Assembly: GCA_963712665.1 (NCBI GenBank)
Contig: CAVQIV010000024.1
Span: forward strand, 271,525 to 335,524
Length of the DNA: 64,000 nucleotides
Direction of reading: 5' to 3'
Source of the DNA: Thermoanaerobaculaceae bacterium
GTDB lineage: Bacteria > Acidobacteriota > Thermoanaerobaculia > Multivoradales > UBA5704
Position 1 is the first letter of the stretch; each line of letters opens with the position of its first letter. Positions 27,656 to 39,812 of this stretch are shown one piece after another. The position numbers and the translations under genes are program-made. A model generated the notes under the pieces. That model was not told the origin of the DNA and searched no databases. It saw only the letters and a program-made list of their open reading frames with translations.

Positions 27656-28618
27656 ATGAACGCTACCTCGAAGACGATCGTCATCGGCACGTCGCTCTCC
27701 GACCTGAGCGACGACTTCGTGCGCACTGGAGTCGCCATCGCTCGGGCCATGGGCGCGACCCCCTGGCTGGTCCATACCTATACCCTGCCTGCCTTCCCGT
27801 CCGAGCTCGGAGCCGTGGACGCGGTGTGGCTCGACGAGTACACCCAATCCCTACGGGAGAAGCTCATGCAGCAGGCGGAGCAGACCGGGCTGGCCGGCCT
27901 GCCGGGCTTCAGGCCCAACCACCTCCACCTGGCCATGGGCGGCCCGGCCTATGGCGAGGTCGTGGATCTGGCGCGGCAGGTGCAGGCAGATCTCGTCGTG
28001 GTCGGAGCCGCCGAGGGCAGCGGCTTCCTGCGCCGGATCCTCGGCTCGACCGCTGACGGCGTTATCCGCCAGGCGCCCTGTCCGGTGTTCGTGGTCCGCT
28101 CCGCGTCCGCCTTCCCGCCTACCCGGGTGGAGGTCCCGGTGGATCTCTCGCCCATCGCGGCGAACGCTCTGCGCCAGGGTCTGGACTTCCTGGCTCAGAT
28201 CGGCGCTGGAAAGGCTGTGACGGAGATCCTCTTCGTGCTCAATCCCATGGAGGCCTCGGGCTCGCTGCACTTCACCGCCGAGCAGATCGAGCGCTTCAGC
28301 CTGGACGAGCTGCACCGCTTCCTGAAGGCGAACGGCGCGAGCTCCGGTCTGGCCCGGGTGCGCACCGGCTATCCCCCGGAGGAGATCCTGGTGGTCCTGG
28401 AGGAGAGGAAGGCCGATCTCGTGATCCTCGGCACGCACGGGCGCCGGGGCTTCGAGCGCTTCATGCTCGGCAGCGTCGCCACCGGAGTGATGCACCACGC
28501 CGCCTGCAACCTGCTGGTCGTGCCGCCGGGAGCCCGGCTGCAGCCTGCGTTCGAGGCGAGCGACGAGGAGTGGGCGAGGGCCGATGGCAGCTTCGTCGCC
28601 GACGCGGTCACCGTGTAG
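27656..28618 (+). CDS. universal stress protein, tandem Usp domains
   Basis: Two Usp modules, each ending in a G..G...lGS(T/V)a..V motif (VVGAAEGSGFLRRILGSTADGVIRQAPCPVFVV and ILGTHGRRGFERFMLGSVATGVMHHAACNLLVV). Confidence 0.85.
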   Translation: MNATSKTIVIGTSLSDLSDDFVRTGVAIARAMGATPWLVHTYTLPAFPSELGAVDAVWLDEYTQSLREKLMQQAEQTGLAGLPGFRPNHLHLAMGGPAYGEVVDLARQVQADLVVVGAAEGSGFLRRILGSTADGVIRQAPCPVFVVRSASAFPPTRVEVPVDLSPIAANALRQGLDFLAQIGAGKAVTEILFVLNPMEASGSLHFTAEQIERFSLDELHRFLKANGASSGLARVRTGYPPEEILVVLEERKADLVILGTHGRRGFERFMLGSVATGVMHHAACNLLVVPPGARLQPAFEASDEEWARADGSFVADAVTV

Positions 28619-28627
28619 GAAATCCGC

Positions 28628-30514
28628 GTGCCGGCCGTCATCCCGAGATCGAAGGGTCGCCTGCTAACCGGCGCGGCGCTCGCCGGGCTGCTGGCCGGAG
28701 GGGTGGCCTGGCTCGCGGGCGCCCATGGCATCGCGGAGGTGCTCTGGGGGATCACCACCGCCGTGGTGCTCGCCCCGCTGGCGTTCTCCGTGGCCGCCGA
28801 CCTGCGGCGGGGGGAAGCCGGGGTGGACGTGATCGCGCTGCTGGCCATAGCCGGCTCGCTCGCGCTCGGGCAGTTCCTGGCGGGAGCGGTGATCGCCCTC
28901 ATGCTCTCGGGCGGCCAGGCCCTGGAGGCGTTCGCCAGCGCCCGCGCCCGGCGCGACCTCGCGGCCCTGCTGGAGCGGGCGCCGCGGGTGGTGCACCGTT
29001 GCGAGGACGGGGACCTCACCTCTCCCCTATCGAGGGAGGTGGTCCCCGGCGACCTGCTGCTGGTCAAGCCCGGCGAGATCGTGCCCGTCGACGGGCTGGT
29101 GGAGGGCGAGCCCGCGGTGCTCGACGAGTCGGCCCTCACCGGCGAGTCCAGGCCGGTCGAGCGCTCCGCGGGCGAGCTGGTGCGTAATGGCACGATCAAC
29201 GCCGCCGGCCCCTTCGAGCTCCGCGCCGTGGCCACGGCGGCCGAGAGCACCTACGCCGGCATCGTCCGCCTGGTGCGGGAGGCGGAGACGCCAAGGCGCC
29301 GTTCGTGCGTCTGGCCGACCGCTACGCCTGGTCTTCCTCCCCTCACCCTGGTCGTGGCGGCGCTGGCGTGGGCCGTTTCCGGCGACCCGGTGCGGGCGCT
29401 CGCGGTGCTCGTGGTCGCGACTCCCTGCCCGCTGATCCTCGCGGCGCCGATCGCCATCGTCGCCGGCGTGTCGCGCGCGCCCGCCGCGGCGTGATCGTGA
29501 AGGGCGGAGGGCGCTCGAAGGCCTCGGCCCGCGCGCGCGTCCTGCTGCTCGACAAGACGGGAACGATCACCACCGGCGATGCCCGTCGTGTCCGATGTCG
29601 AGACCTTCGGCCACGAGACCGCGCGACGAGGTCCTGCGGCTGGCCGCCTCGCTCGATCAGGTCTCGCAGCACGTCCTCGCCGCGGCCGTGGTGCGGACGG
29701 CGCACGAGCGCGGTCTCCCCTCTCCTTCCCTACGGGCGTCACCGAGCGGCCGGGTTGGGGCGTCGCGGGGCGAGGTCGAAGGCCGCCGGGTCGCCTCGGC
29801 AGGCTCGCCTGGCTCGAGGCCGGCGACGGGCTCCCCGACGGCGTGCGCCGGGTGCGCCGCCGACGGCGCCTCGAAGGCTCGTCCAGCGTTTTCGTGGGCA
29901 TCGACGGCGAGGTCGCCGGCGCCTGATCCTCCAGGATCCCATCCGTCCCGACAGCCCGCGGGCCCTGCGCGCCATGCGCCGGGCCGGGATCGAGCGGGTG
30001 GTGCATGGTGACCGGCGACCATCCGGAGGTGGCCGACGACCGTGGGCGCCGGCATCGGCGCCGACCTGGTGCTGGCCGAGCGCTCGCCGGAAGAGAAGGT
30101 GGCGGCCGTGCCGGCAGAACGGGCCCGCGGCCCCGTCGCTCATGGTCGGCGACGGCATCAACGACGCGCCGGCCCTGGCAGCGGCCGACGTCGGGGTGGC
30201 GATGGGCGCGCGGGGCGCGACGGCCTCGGCGAGGCGGCCGACGCGGTGCTCACCGTCGACCGGCTGGACCGCCTGGGGGAGGCCCTCGCCATCGCCCGCC
30301 GCTCGCGCGCCATCGCCCTCCAGAGCGTGTTGGCGGCATGGGGCTGTCGCTCGCCGCGATGCTGATCGCCGCCGCCGGCTACCTCGCTCCGGTCGCCGGC
30401 GCCCTGCTCCAGGAGGGGATCGACGTGGCGGTGATCGCCAACGCGCTGCGCGCCCTGGGGACGGGGCGCTTCCCCAAAAGAGGGAGGAGGACGATAGAAT
30501 CAGAGGCCGTCTGA
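28628..30514 (+). pseudogene. heavy-metal-type P1B ATPase lacking an N-terminal metal-binding domain, heavily frameshifted (about 8 indels)
   Basis: TGES, a PCP transmembrane motif, [15 protein letters not shown] and [21 protein letters not shown] are found in different frames across ORFs 28628.., 29305.., 29595.., 30005.. and 30042... Confidence 0.85.
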
Positions 30515-30535
30515 GAACCTCTGAGATTTCACTCC

Positions 30536-32127
30536 ATGACCAGAGATTCGAGCCCGCGGCCCGATTTGGGAAAAAGATCCCGCTTGCAGGAGAGCAAGGA
30601 GCTACTCCAGGCGGTGCTCAACGCCGCCCTGGACGGTATCGTGCTCATCGACACCGCCGGCATCATCCGGCTGGTCAACCCGTCCGTCCCGAAGCTGTTC
30701 GGCTACGCGCCCGAGGAGCTGCTGGGACAGAACGTCAAGATCCTCATGCCATCGCCGTGGCGGGAAGAGCACGACGGCTACCTCGCCAGCTACCTGGAGA
30801 CGGGCGAGGCCAGAATCATCGGCATCGGCCGGCAGGTCGAGGGCCGGCGCCGCGACGGCTCGACGTTCCCCGTGGACCTCGCGGTGAGCGAGCTCACCTA
30901 CGACGGCGAGCTTTTCTTCCTGGGGACGCTGCGCGACATCACCGACCGCCTGCAACTGGAAGCCGAGATGCGCCAGGCCCAGAAGATGGAAGCCATCGGC
31001 CGGCTGGCCGGCGGCGTGGCGCACGACTTCAACAACCTGCTCGGCACCATCCGCGGCTACAGCGAGATGCTGCTCAGCGCGCTGCCGCGCAACGAGCCCT
31101 GCCGCAATCCCGTCGAGCAGATCCACGCGCGGCCCTGCGCGGCGCGCAACTGACGCGGCAGCTCCTCATCTTCAGCCGCCGCCAGGAGGTCCAGGCCCAG
31201 CAGGGTCGACCTGGAGCGGCTGCTGCTGGACGTGGAGGTCATGCTCGACCGGCTCATCGGCGAGGACGTCGAGCTGACCCGGCAGGTCGAGCCGCTGCTC
31301 GGCCAGGTCTGGGGCGATCCCGGCGAGCTGCACCAGGTCATCCTCAACCTGGTCGTCAACGCCTGCGACGCCATGCCCTCGGGCGGCGCTCTGACCCTCG
31401 CGTTGCGCAGCCTGCAAGCCGACCACGAGCTTGCGGTCGAAGCCGGGCGGCTCCCGCCCGGCCCCTACGTCGTGCTGCAGGTGACGGACACCGGCCTGGG
31501 CATGACCGAGAGGTCCGCAGGCGGATCTTCGAGCCCTTCTTCACCACCAAGGAGCCGGGGAAGGGCACGGGCCTGGGGCTCTCCACGGTGCACGCCATCG
31601 TCCAGCGCAGCAAGGGGGGGATCGCGGTGGAGAGCCGGCCCGGGCGCGGCACGACCTTCCGGATCTACCTGCCCTGCGTCAGCCCGGCGGCCCGTGAGGA
31701 AGCCGAGCCTGTCGTCGAGCCGGAGCCGCCGGCCCCTGCCGGCGGCGAGGGCAAGGCTCACGGCACGGTCCTTCTCGTCGAGGACGACGACATGTTTCGG
31801 GGGCTGTTGCGGCAGGTGCTGGAGAAACAGGGCTACCAGGTCGTCGCGGCCGAGAACCCGGCGAAGGCCCTGGACCTCGCGGCGGTCCACGGCGACAGCG
31901 TCCAGCTCCTGCTGAGCGACATTGTGATGCCCGGCGGCACGGGCGCTGATCTCGCCTACACGCTGGGCAGCCAGAATCCTGCCCTGAAAGTCATCCTCAT
32001 GTCCGGCTATACCGACGACGCCCTGGCCAGCCGGGACGCCGACATGACCATCGCCGACGCCTTCCTGGAGAAACCCTTCGCCACCCAGGACCTGCTGCGG
32101 TTGGTACGCGAGCTGCTCAACGGGTAG
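30536..32127 (+). pseudogene. PAS-histidine kinase-receiver hybrid sensor kinase, frameshifted as sequenced
   Basis: PAS ([16 protein letters not shown]...), H-box [13 protein letters not shown] boxes ([17 protein letters not shown]), and REC ([11 protein letters not shown]...[11 protein letters not shown]). Confidence 0.85.
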
Positions 32128-32130
32128 CCC

Positions 32131-32907
32131 TCATTTCCCCGCCTTCCGCACTCTCCTCCCCTTGGCAGAAGGCCGGGCGGGCTCGGCCGCCGGCTCGCCC
32201 GCAACAGGCACGGAGAGGTCGAAGGCGGGTCGCCCCCCCCGGTTTTCGGCGCGTAGCGAGCCTCCCAGGGCCCGCGCCAGCTCGCTGGCGAGCGGCAGCG
32301 CCAGGCTGCGGCCGCCGCGCTGCCGGACCGCTCGCACCCCGGGGTGGAAGGGCTCGAAGAGGGTCTGGGGCGTCCCGGCCGGAAAGGGCGCGCCGTCCGA
32401 GGAGATGACGACGTGCAGGCCCGTGGCGTCGATGTCGAGCCGGAAGAAGACCTCGGACTGGGCGTGGCTCACGGCGGCGCCGAGGAGCAGGACGAGGGCC
32501 TGCCGCAGCCGCTCCGAGTCGGTGTGGAAGAAGCGAGGAAGGGCGGGGTCCAGAGAGTCCGTGAGGGCGATCCCTGCCTCCCACGCCCGCGGACGCACCG
32601 CTTCCTCGACCTGGTCGACGAGCCGATCCAGCACCACGTTGTCGGGCCGGATCTGGATCCTGCCGGCCATCAGCCGCGCCAGCTCGGCCACGTCGCCGAC
32701 CAGGGACTGGATGTCCTGGGCCACCTCCCGCATGCCTTCGGAGTAGCGCCTCTCCTGGTCGCCGAGATGGCCCGCAGGGGCTTCGGCCAGGAGGTCGGCC
32801 AGCATGCGGAAGCTGGCGAGGGGGGTCCTCAGCTCGTGGGCGAACGCCGAGAGGAAGCTCGTCCATTGCTCCGGCGTCTGCAGATAGGTTCGGTCCTGGT
32901 CTTTCAT
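32131..32907 (-). CDS. soluble sensor histidine kinase (HisKA + HATPase_c)
   Basis: H-box FLSAFAHELRTPL and an ATPase region ending GRSLALPLASELARALGG. An alternative start is at 32943. Confidence 0.75.
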   Translation of the reverse strand: MKDQDRTYLQTPEQWTSFLSAFAHELRTPLASFRMLADLLAEAPAGHLGDQERRYSEGMREVAQDIQSLVGDVAELARLMAGRIQIRPDNVVLDRLVDQVEEAVRPRAWEAGIALTDSLDPALPRFFHTDSERLRQALVLLLGAAVSHAQSEVFFRLDIDATGLHVVISSDGAPFPAGTPQTLFEPFHPGVRAVRQRGGRSLALPLASELARALGGSLRAENRGGRPAFDLSVPVAGEPAAEPARPSAKGRRVRKAGK

Positions 32908-33002
32908 GACAGTGACGTCCTCGCGGTGCCCGAGGTTGGCCATTTCAAGATCATGTCGCCGTCTCTCCCGAGGGTGCAACGCACCGCCGAGTAGTAGGAA
33001 CC

Positions 33003-34984
33003 CTACCCGACGGGGTGGTTTTCGAGCTCTCCCAAGGCCCGCCGGATCTCCGGCTGGTTGGGATCGATCGCGAGCGAGCGGCGGAAGTCGCGGGCGGCGC
33101 CGGCGGGATCGCCGAGGCAGAGGCGGGCGAGGCCGGAGGAGGCGTGGGCCAGGGCATTGCGGGGAATTGGCGGGATCGGCGGCGGCCGCGAAGTCGGCGA
33201 GGGCCTCCTGGCATTGATGGCGCTCCAGGTGATAGCGGCCGCGCAGGAGGTAGAGACGGGGATCGGGCTTGCGCGGCGAGGGCACGGTCGAGGAGCCGCA
33301 AGGCCCGCTCGGCCTCGCCTTCCTTGGCGTAGGTCACGGCTCGGCCGGCGGTGTAGTCGATCCCGTCCGGCAGGCCGGCCGCCAGGGCGCGGATCAGCAG
33401 GTCGTCCGAGCGGTCGAGGTCCTGGCGCCGGGAGTGGAGGAGGTCGCTCAGGTTCCAGAGGGCGGCGGCGCTGCCCGGATCGAGGGCCAGGGCGCTCTCG
33501 AAGGCCTGGGCGGCGGCGTCCGTCTCGCCGCGCTCGCGCAGCAGCAGTCCCTCGTTGTCGTAGGAGGCTGCCGTGCGGGTCGAGCCAGTCCCGGGCGGAG
33601 TCGCGGTCTTCTCCTGCCGCGAGCCGATGTAGCCGAGGGCCCGGAGCTTTTCGATCTCCTCCTGATCGGCCTTCCTGTTTCCCCGCGGAACAGGAGCGGC
33701 GGGCCGGCGTCTGAGCCAGGGGCTGCGGTAGTCGACCAGGAGGGAAGGGGAGGCCTCGACGCCCGGCAGGGGAGGGCCGGCGACACCTCCCGAGGGCGGC
33801 ATGCCGAGGATGGACATCAGGGTGCCGCAGACCTGGAGGACGCCCCCGCGATCCCGGTTCTCCGACGCGGGCACGTCCGGACCCCAGAGGAGATAGATCC
33901 CCTCGTCCCGGTGCCACCGTCCCGCCGTGGCCGCCGCGGCGCTGGAGAGCTGGGCGGGCCGCCCCTCCTGCCAGTGGAAGCCGTGATCGGAGGCGATCAT
34001 CAAGACGGCGCCGGAGGCTGCGGCGAGCTTGCGGTAGTCGCCCAGCAGGCGGTCGACCTCGGCGAAATAGAGCTCTGGCACCTGGGAGAAACGCTGGAAA
34101 TCCTCAGAGGACACCGACTCCTGATGGGGCGGCGCATAGGGGGCGAAGACGTGGCCGAGCGTGTCCGTCCCCTGGAAATAGACGATGGCGAGGTCAGGCT
34201 TCTGCTTCGCGAGCCATGAGGTGGCGAGCGCGTGGTAGGCCCGGGTCTCGACGAGGATGCGCCGCAGCGCGCTCACCGGATGGGCGTAGGGGTCCGGCGC
34301 CGCCTGCCAGCGCTCATACTCGTCCTGACCGAGCCAGGGGAGGTAGGCGTGAAGGGCGTCGAAACCCACCGCCGCCTCGGTCTTCGCCAGCGTCTCCCGC
34401 GCCCACGCCTCCCGGTCCGGCGGATAGACGATGCCCGGGGGCGGCTGGTTGCGGGAGGTGAAGGAGGACAGGCGGTCCGCCACCAACAATCCGCGCACGG
34501 GCTCGGCCGGCCACGTCGCCCACAATCCGAACACGGCCACGCTCTTGCCCGCCTCGGTCGCCAGGTTCCAGATCGCCGGCACCCGCCGGTCGCCGCTGGT
34601 GATGGGCTCCAGCGATCCCGTCTGCGGATTGCGCCGGGTGAAGTCGAGGATGCCGTGATCGAGGGGCGAGGTGCCCGTCATCATGGTCGTCCACACCAGG
34701 GGCGAGAGGGCAGGGTGGATCGTGGTCAGCACCGCCGTGTGCCCCTCCCGCGCGAGGGCCGCGAGGTTGGGCATGATCCCCGCCTGCATGTAGCCGTCGA
34801 GCAGCTCCCAGTCCGCGCCGTCGAGCCCTACGAAGATCACCCGCCGGCCGTCCTCGCGCACGGCGCGGACGATCTCCGGCACGGCCGCGGTGGAGGGGCC
34901 GGCAGCCTGCGGCGCGGGCTCCGGGGCCTTCCGGCAGGCCAAGGCGGCGAGGAGGAACACGGCGAGGGGGAGGCGGATACGCAT
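33003..34984 (-). pseudogene. alkaline-phosphatase-superfamily (phosphodiesterase/pyrophosphatase-like) protein with C-terminal TPR repeats, two 3' frameshifts
   Basis: Signal peptide, VIFVGLDGADW...TTMMTGTSPLDHG...GTDTLGH...ASDHGF. The TPR region continues through frames 32131..33285 and 33003..33917. Confidence 0.75.
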
Positions 34985-35169
34985 GGAGAGGCGACAGCTT
35001 ACACGACAGGTAAGACGCTCGGAGCAAGCCCCCCTGGGAGCGCCGGCGTCCCGCCGGCCTTCTAACGCCGCTTTTAGTTAGTCTGAGTTAGTTGCCGGCG
35101 GGACGCCGGCGCTCCCAGGAGGGTGGCCGGCAAGCGACTTGCACCTCCCGCACCCCAGGAGGACTGCGT

Positions 35170-37015
35170 TTGGCCTACCAGCCCATCGAAAACTACGGCA
35201 TCATCGGCAACATGCGCACGGTGGCGCTCGTGGGCAAGCACGGGTCCATCGACTGGTACTGCTTCCCCTACTTCGACTCGCCGAGCGTCTTCGGCGCCAT
35301 CCTCGACGATACCAAGGGCGGCCGGTTCCAGATCTGCGCGCTGGACGACGAGGTCGCCGCCAAGCAGCTCTACTGGCCGGAGACCAACGTGCTCATCACC
35401 CGCTTCCTGTCGGTGGACGGAGTCGGCGAGATCGAGGACTTCATGCCCGTGGGCCTCGCGCCCGAGGAGGGGGGACGGGATCAGCTCGTGCGCCGGGTCC
35501 GGGTGGTGCGCGGCGCCGTCCGCTTCCGGATGGTCTGCCATCCGGCGTTCGACTATGCCCGAGCCCACACGAGACGGTGATCGAGAAGGATGGCGCGTGC
35601 TTCCATGCGCCCTCTCTGAGCCTCGGCCTGGCTTCCGACGTGCCCCTGACGCCGGGACGAGGCGGGCGTGACCGCGGATTTCACACTCAAAGAAGGGGAG
35701 GTGGCCTCCTTCATCCTGCGGCCGGTCGACAGAAACGGCTGCGGTCCGGCGCCGTCCACGGGCGAGACCGAGGATCTGTTCCATCGCACCGTGGCGTTCT
35801 GGCGGCACTGGCTCTCGGCCTGCACCTACCGCGGGCGCTGGCGCGAGATGGTCCACCGCTCGGCCCTGGCTCTCAAGCTCCTCACCTTCGAGCCCACGGG
35901 CGCCATCGTGGCGGCGCCCACCTGCAGCCTGCCGGAGCACCCGGGCGGCCAGCGCAACTGGGACTATCGCTACACCTGGATCCGCGATGCGGCCTTCACC
36001 ATCTACTCCCTGCTGCGCATCGGCCTGGCGGACGAGGCCACCGGCTTCATGTCCTGGCTCGACGCCCGCTGCGCCGAGGCCGGACCGCGACGCCGGCCTG
36101 CAGATCGTCTATGGCATCGACGGCCGGCGGGACCTGACCGAGCAGACCCTCGATCATCTGGAAGGCTATCGGGGCTCACGGCCGGTGCGCATCGGCAACG
36201 GCGCCGTCGACCAGCTCCAGCTCGACATCTACGGCGAGGTGATGGATTCGGTCTATCTCTACAACAAGCACATCTCGCCCATCTCCTACCAGACCTGGCT
36301 CAACCTGCGCGAGCTGCTCCACTACGTGGCCAAGAACTGGCAGCGGGAGGACGAGGGGATCTGGGAGGTGCGGGGCGGCCGGCGGCACTTCGTGTTCTCG
36401 AAGCTCATGTGCTGGGTGGCCATGGATCGCGGGCTGCGCCTGGCGGACCAGCGGTCGTTCCCCACCGACCGGGCGAAGTGGGGAGCGATCCGCGACGAGA
36501 TCTTCGAAAGCCTGATGAAGAACGGCTGGAGCGAGAAGCGCCAGGCCTTCGTCCAGTTCTATGGCAGCGACTGGCTCGACGCCTCGAGCCTGCTGATGCC
36601 GCTGGTCTTCTTCCTGGCGCCCAGCGATCCGCTGACGCTCAAGACCCTGGACGCCATCCGCAAGCCGCCGGACCAGGGCGGCCTCGTCTCCGACGGTCTC
36701 GTCTACCGCTACAACGCCGTCCACGGCATCGACGGCATCCAGGGCGACGAGGGGACGTTCAACATCTGCACCTTCTGGCTCGTCGACGCCCTGACGCGAG
36801 CCGGCCGCCGCGATCCCAAGCTCCTCGACGAAGCCCGCCTCCTCTTCGAGCGCGTCCTCGGCTACGCCAACCACCTCGGGCTCTACTCCGAGGAGACGGG
36901 CCTGCGGGGCGAGGCCTTGGGCAACTTCCCCCAGGCCTTCACCCACTTAGCCGTCATCAGCGCCGCCTACAACCTCGACCGCGAGCTGGGCAAGGAGAAG
37001 GCCGAGTGGCTGTAG
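35170..37015 (+). pseudogene. glycoside hydrolase family 15 (glucoamylase/trehalase-like), three frameshifts as sequenced
   Basis: AGGAGGA SD plus a TTG start. [39 protein letters not shown]..., [14 protein letters not shown] and TFNICTFW. Confidence 0.85.
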
Positions 37016-37059
37016 GAGAGTGTAGAATCGCTGGTAACGACAGAAGGGGACATGCTGCC

Positions 37060-37359
37060 ATGGAAGTTGCGCTGACCAAGGATCTCGAAGAGCTTATTGC
37101 CGAGCAGGTGGCGAGCGGCCGCTATCCCAGCCCGGGCGAAGTGGTACGCGATGCTCTACGCCTCTTTCAGGAGATGCTTCTGCTTCGCGAGCGGAAGCTC
37201 GACGCCCTGCGCCAAGACGTCCAGATTGGCATCCAGGCTCTCGAAGATGGCGACTATGACGAGTACGACGCCGAAGACATGCGGTCGTTGGCCGCCGAGG
37301 TCAATGCCCGCGGCAGAGAAAGGCTGAGGGCGCTCGAAAAAGAGCCCGTGGATGAGTAA
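37060..37359 (+). CDS. parD: ParD-type (RHH) antitoxin
   Basis: [36 protein letters not shown]... is typical of ParD. It overlaps parE by 8 nt. Confidence 0.8.
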   Translation: MEVALTKDLEELIAEQVASGRYPSPGEVVRDALRLFQEMLLLRERKLDALRQDVQIGIQALEDGDYDEYDAEDMRSLAAEVNARGRERLRALEKEPVDE

Positions 37360-37639
37360 GGTCAGAATCTCTCGCCCAGCCCAAAGAGATCTGGACGAGA
37401 TCTGGTTCTTCATCGCTCAGGACAGCCTGGCTGCGGCTGAGGATTTCATCAACGATCTGACCGACAAGTTCTCGCTGCTGGCGTCCTTCCCCCAGATGGG
37501 GCGGAGCCGGGAAGACCTGGGGTCCGAGCCGCAGCTTCCCAGTCAAGAACTATCTGGTGATCTACCGTCCCATCAAGGATCGGATCGAGATTGTCCGCGT
37601 CGTTCACACCGCTCGTGACCTGAAAGCCCTCTTCAAGTG
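37352..37639 (+). pseudogene. parE: ParE toxin, frameshifted as sequenced (extra G in GGGG run near 37520)
   Basis: ISRPAQRDLDEIWFFIAQDS...FPQMGRSREDLG / RSFPVKNYLVIYRPIKDRIEIVRVVHTARDL. Confidence 0.8.
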
Positions 37640-39268
37640 ACAACCGATCTTGCCGTCCCTACATGCACCCGCGCGCCGATGAGGTGGGTGACAACGGGCG
37701 GCTCTGCGCCGACGTGGAAGGCGCGGGCCTGCGTCTCGACGTCCCGGTCGGCGTGGGTGATCCGTTCGTGCTGGCGCAGGTGCTCGATCCAGGACTTGAC
37801 GAGGAAGACCTCGGTGTAGAGCCGGGGATCGGCCGCGTCCACGAACAATCCCCACTGCAGGGCGCCGTCGCGCAGGCGGATGCGGCGCACGCCACGCATG
37901 GCCGCCGCGAAGTCGTCGGCCCGGGCGGGATCGATCTCGTAGCGGACCTCCACCAGCACGGGGCCGCGCTCGGGCTCGAGATCGTGGGAGACGATGGGCG
38001 CCGGCCACTGGCGCGAGGGCGCGAGGTTGAGCCCCTCGCCGGACTTGAGGTGGATGCGGAAGGTGCCGGCGAGCCCCGCGATCATGCCGGCCGCCGAAGC
38101 CAGGAGGGCTCCTGAGAGTCCGAGGTGCTCGGCCACGGCGCCCCAGAGCACGCTGCCGCCCGCGAGGCCGGCGTAGAAGACCAGCATGTAGACCGACAAA
38201 GCCCGGCCCCGCACCCAGGAGGGGACCACCGTCTGCACGGCCACGTTGAGGCTGGAGAGCAGCGAGAGCCAGGCGCCGCCGGCGAGGAGCATGGCGAGCA
38301 GCAGCAGCGAAAACACCCGCACGTAGGCCAGGGCCACCGTGGCGCCGGCGAAGACCAGCGTTGCCGCCATTACCACGCCGTCCGTCGAGTTGTTCCTTTT
38401 GAGGCGGGGGAGGACCATGGCCCCGGACACCGCGCCCAGCCCCAGGGCTCCCAGCAGAAGGCCGTAGCCCTGCGCCCCGGCATGCAGCTCGTGATTGGCC
38501 ACCAGGGGCAGAAGAGCCCAGAGAGAAGCGCCGCAGAGCACGAACGTGGTGCCGCGCACGATGGGAGCGAGCACCTCGGGCGCATGGCGGACGTAGCGCA
38601 GCCCCGTCGTCATGGCGCCCAGGATGCGCTCGGCCGGGAGCATCGTCTCCTCCACGGGCCGGCGCCAGAAGAAGAGGACGACCACCACGCCGAGGAACGA
38701 GACGGCGTTGACCAGGAAGGTGACGTGCCGGTCCCGAAGCGGCCACCACCAAGCCGGCGAGCGCGGGTCCGGCGGCGCGGGCGATGTTGAAGCCGATGCT
38801 TCCCAGGGTGACGGCGGCGGGGAGGTCCTCCCGCGACACCATGTCCGGAATGCTCGCCTGCCACGCCGGACCGTTCATGGCCGCGCCGAGCCCCAAAAGG
38901 AAGGTGAAAGTGAGAAGGACCCAGGGCGTCGCGGCCCCCGCCGCCGTGAACGCCCAGAGGCCGAAGGCGGCGACCGTCATCCAGATCTGGGTGCCGATCA
39001 GCAACCGCCGCCGGTCGAGCACGTCGGCCACGGCCCCGGCCGGCAGCGACAGCAGGAACATCGGCAGACTGGTCGCCGCCTGGACCAGGGCCACCAGCGT
39101 CGGCGACGTCGTCAGCGTCGTCATCAACCACGACGCCCCCACGTTCTGGAACCAGGTACCGATGTTGGACGCTACGCTGGCGATCCACAGCCAGCGGAAG
39201 ATCGTATGGCGCAGCGGGCTCCAGGTGGAGCGGGCGGGGACCGCCTCAGCCGTCGTCACGCTCGCCAC
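37633..39268 (-). pseudogene. MFS transporter (MFS_3/EntS-like) with C-terminal ABM-like domain, frameshifted as sequenced (extra base near 38725)
   Basis: 12-TM pattern. FRWLWIASVASNIGTWFQNV, junction ...AASGPA / VTFLVNAVSFLG. The soluble tail is VEVRYEIDPARADDF.... Confidence 0.8.
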
Positions 39269-39305
39269 CCCGGATCCCTTGCTGCGCGACGCCGCTCATT
39301 GCGGG

Positions 39306-39665
39306 TCATTGTACCGAGGAAACCGCCGCCTCCCCGTACTTCCGCGCCTGCTGCTCGCGGGCCAGCTCGTAGGAGCGGCGGAGGAGGGCGACGGCGGCTT
39401 CGACGTCCTCTTTCTTCTTGATGTAGAAGCTCACCCAGCCGCTGTCCGGCAGGATGTGGTGAGGCTCGGCGAGGCCGGCGGCCACCACCTCGTCCCGCAC
39501 GGGCTTGGGGAAAGCGATGTCGAGGAGGCGGTCGCCGTGGATGTGCCCCACCTCTCGCTTGCCGAGGATGAATTCGGTCCCGCCGAACCGGTGCGGCTGG
39601 GACACCACGCCCGGCCAGGTCAGCACGACCTGCTCGATCCTGCTCCTCGCTCCAGGGACGGCCAT
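39306..39665 (-). CDS. luciferase-domain (DUF5519) family protein
   Basis: WPGVVSQPHRFGGTEFILGKREVGHIHGDRLLDIAFP...PHHILPDSGWVSFYI matches this family from memory. Confidence 0.65.
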   Translation of the reverse strand: MAVPGARSRIEQVVLTWPGVVSQPHRFGGTEFILGKREVGHIHGDRLLDIAFPKPVRDEVVAAGLAEPHHILPDSGWVSFYIKKKEDVEAAVALLRRSYELAREQQARKYGEAAVSSVQ

Positions 39666-39812
39666 GCGTTGCTCCTTTCTGGAGGTCCCGGACTCCAGGG
39701 ACCTGAGCATCACAACCCGGGAAAGGGAGAGGCGGATTTCCCCGGGCGTGCTAGACTCTGGTTGCGCTCCGACGGACCTCGTGGTCTAATGAGGTTTCCA
39801 GTTGGAGAAAGG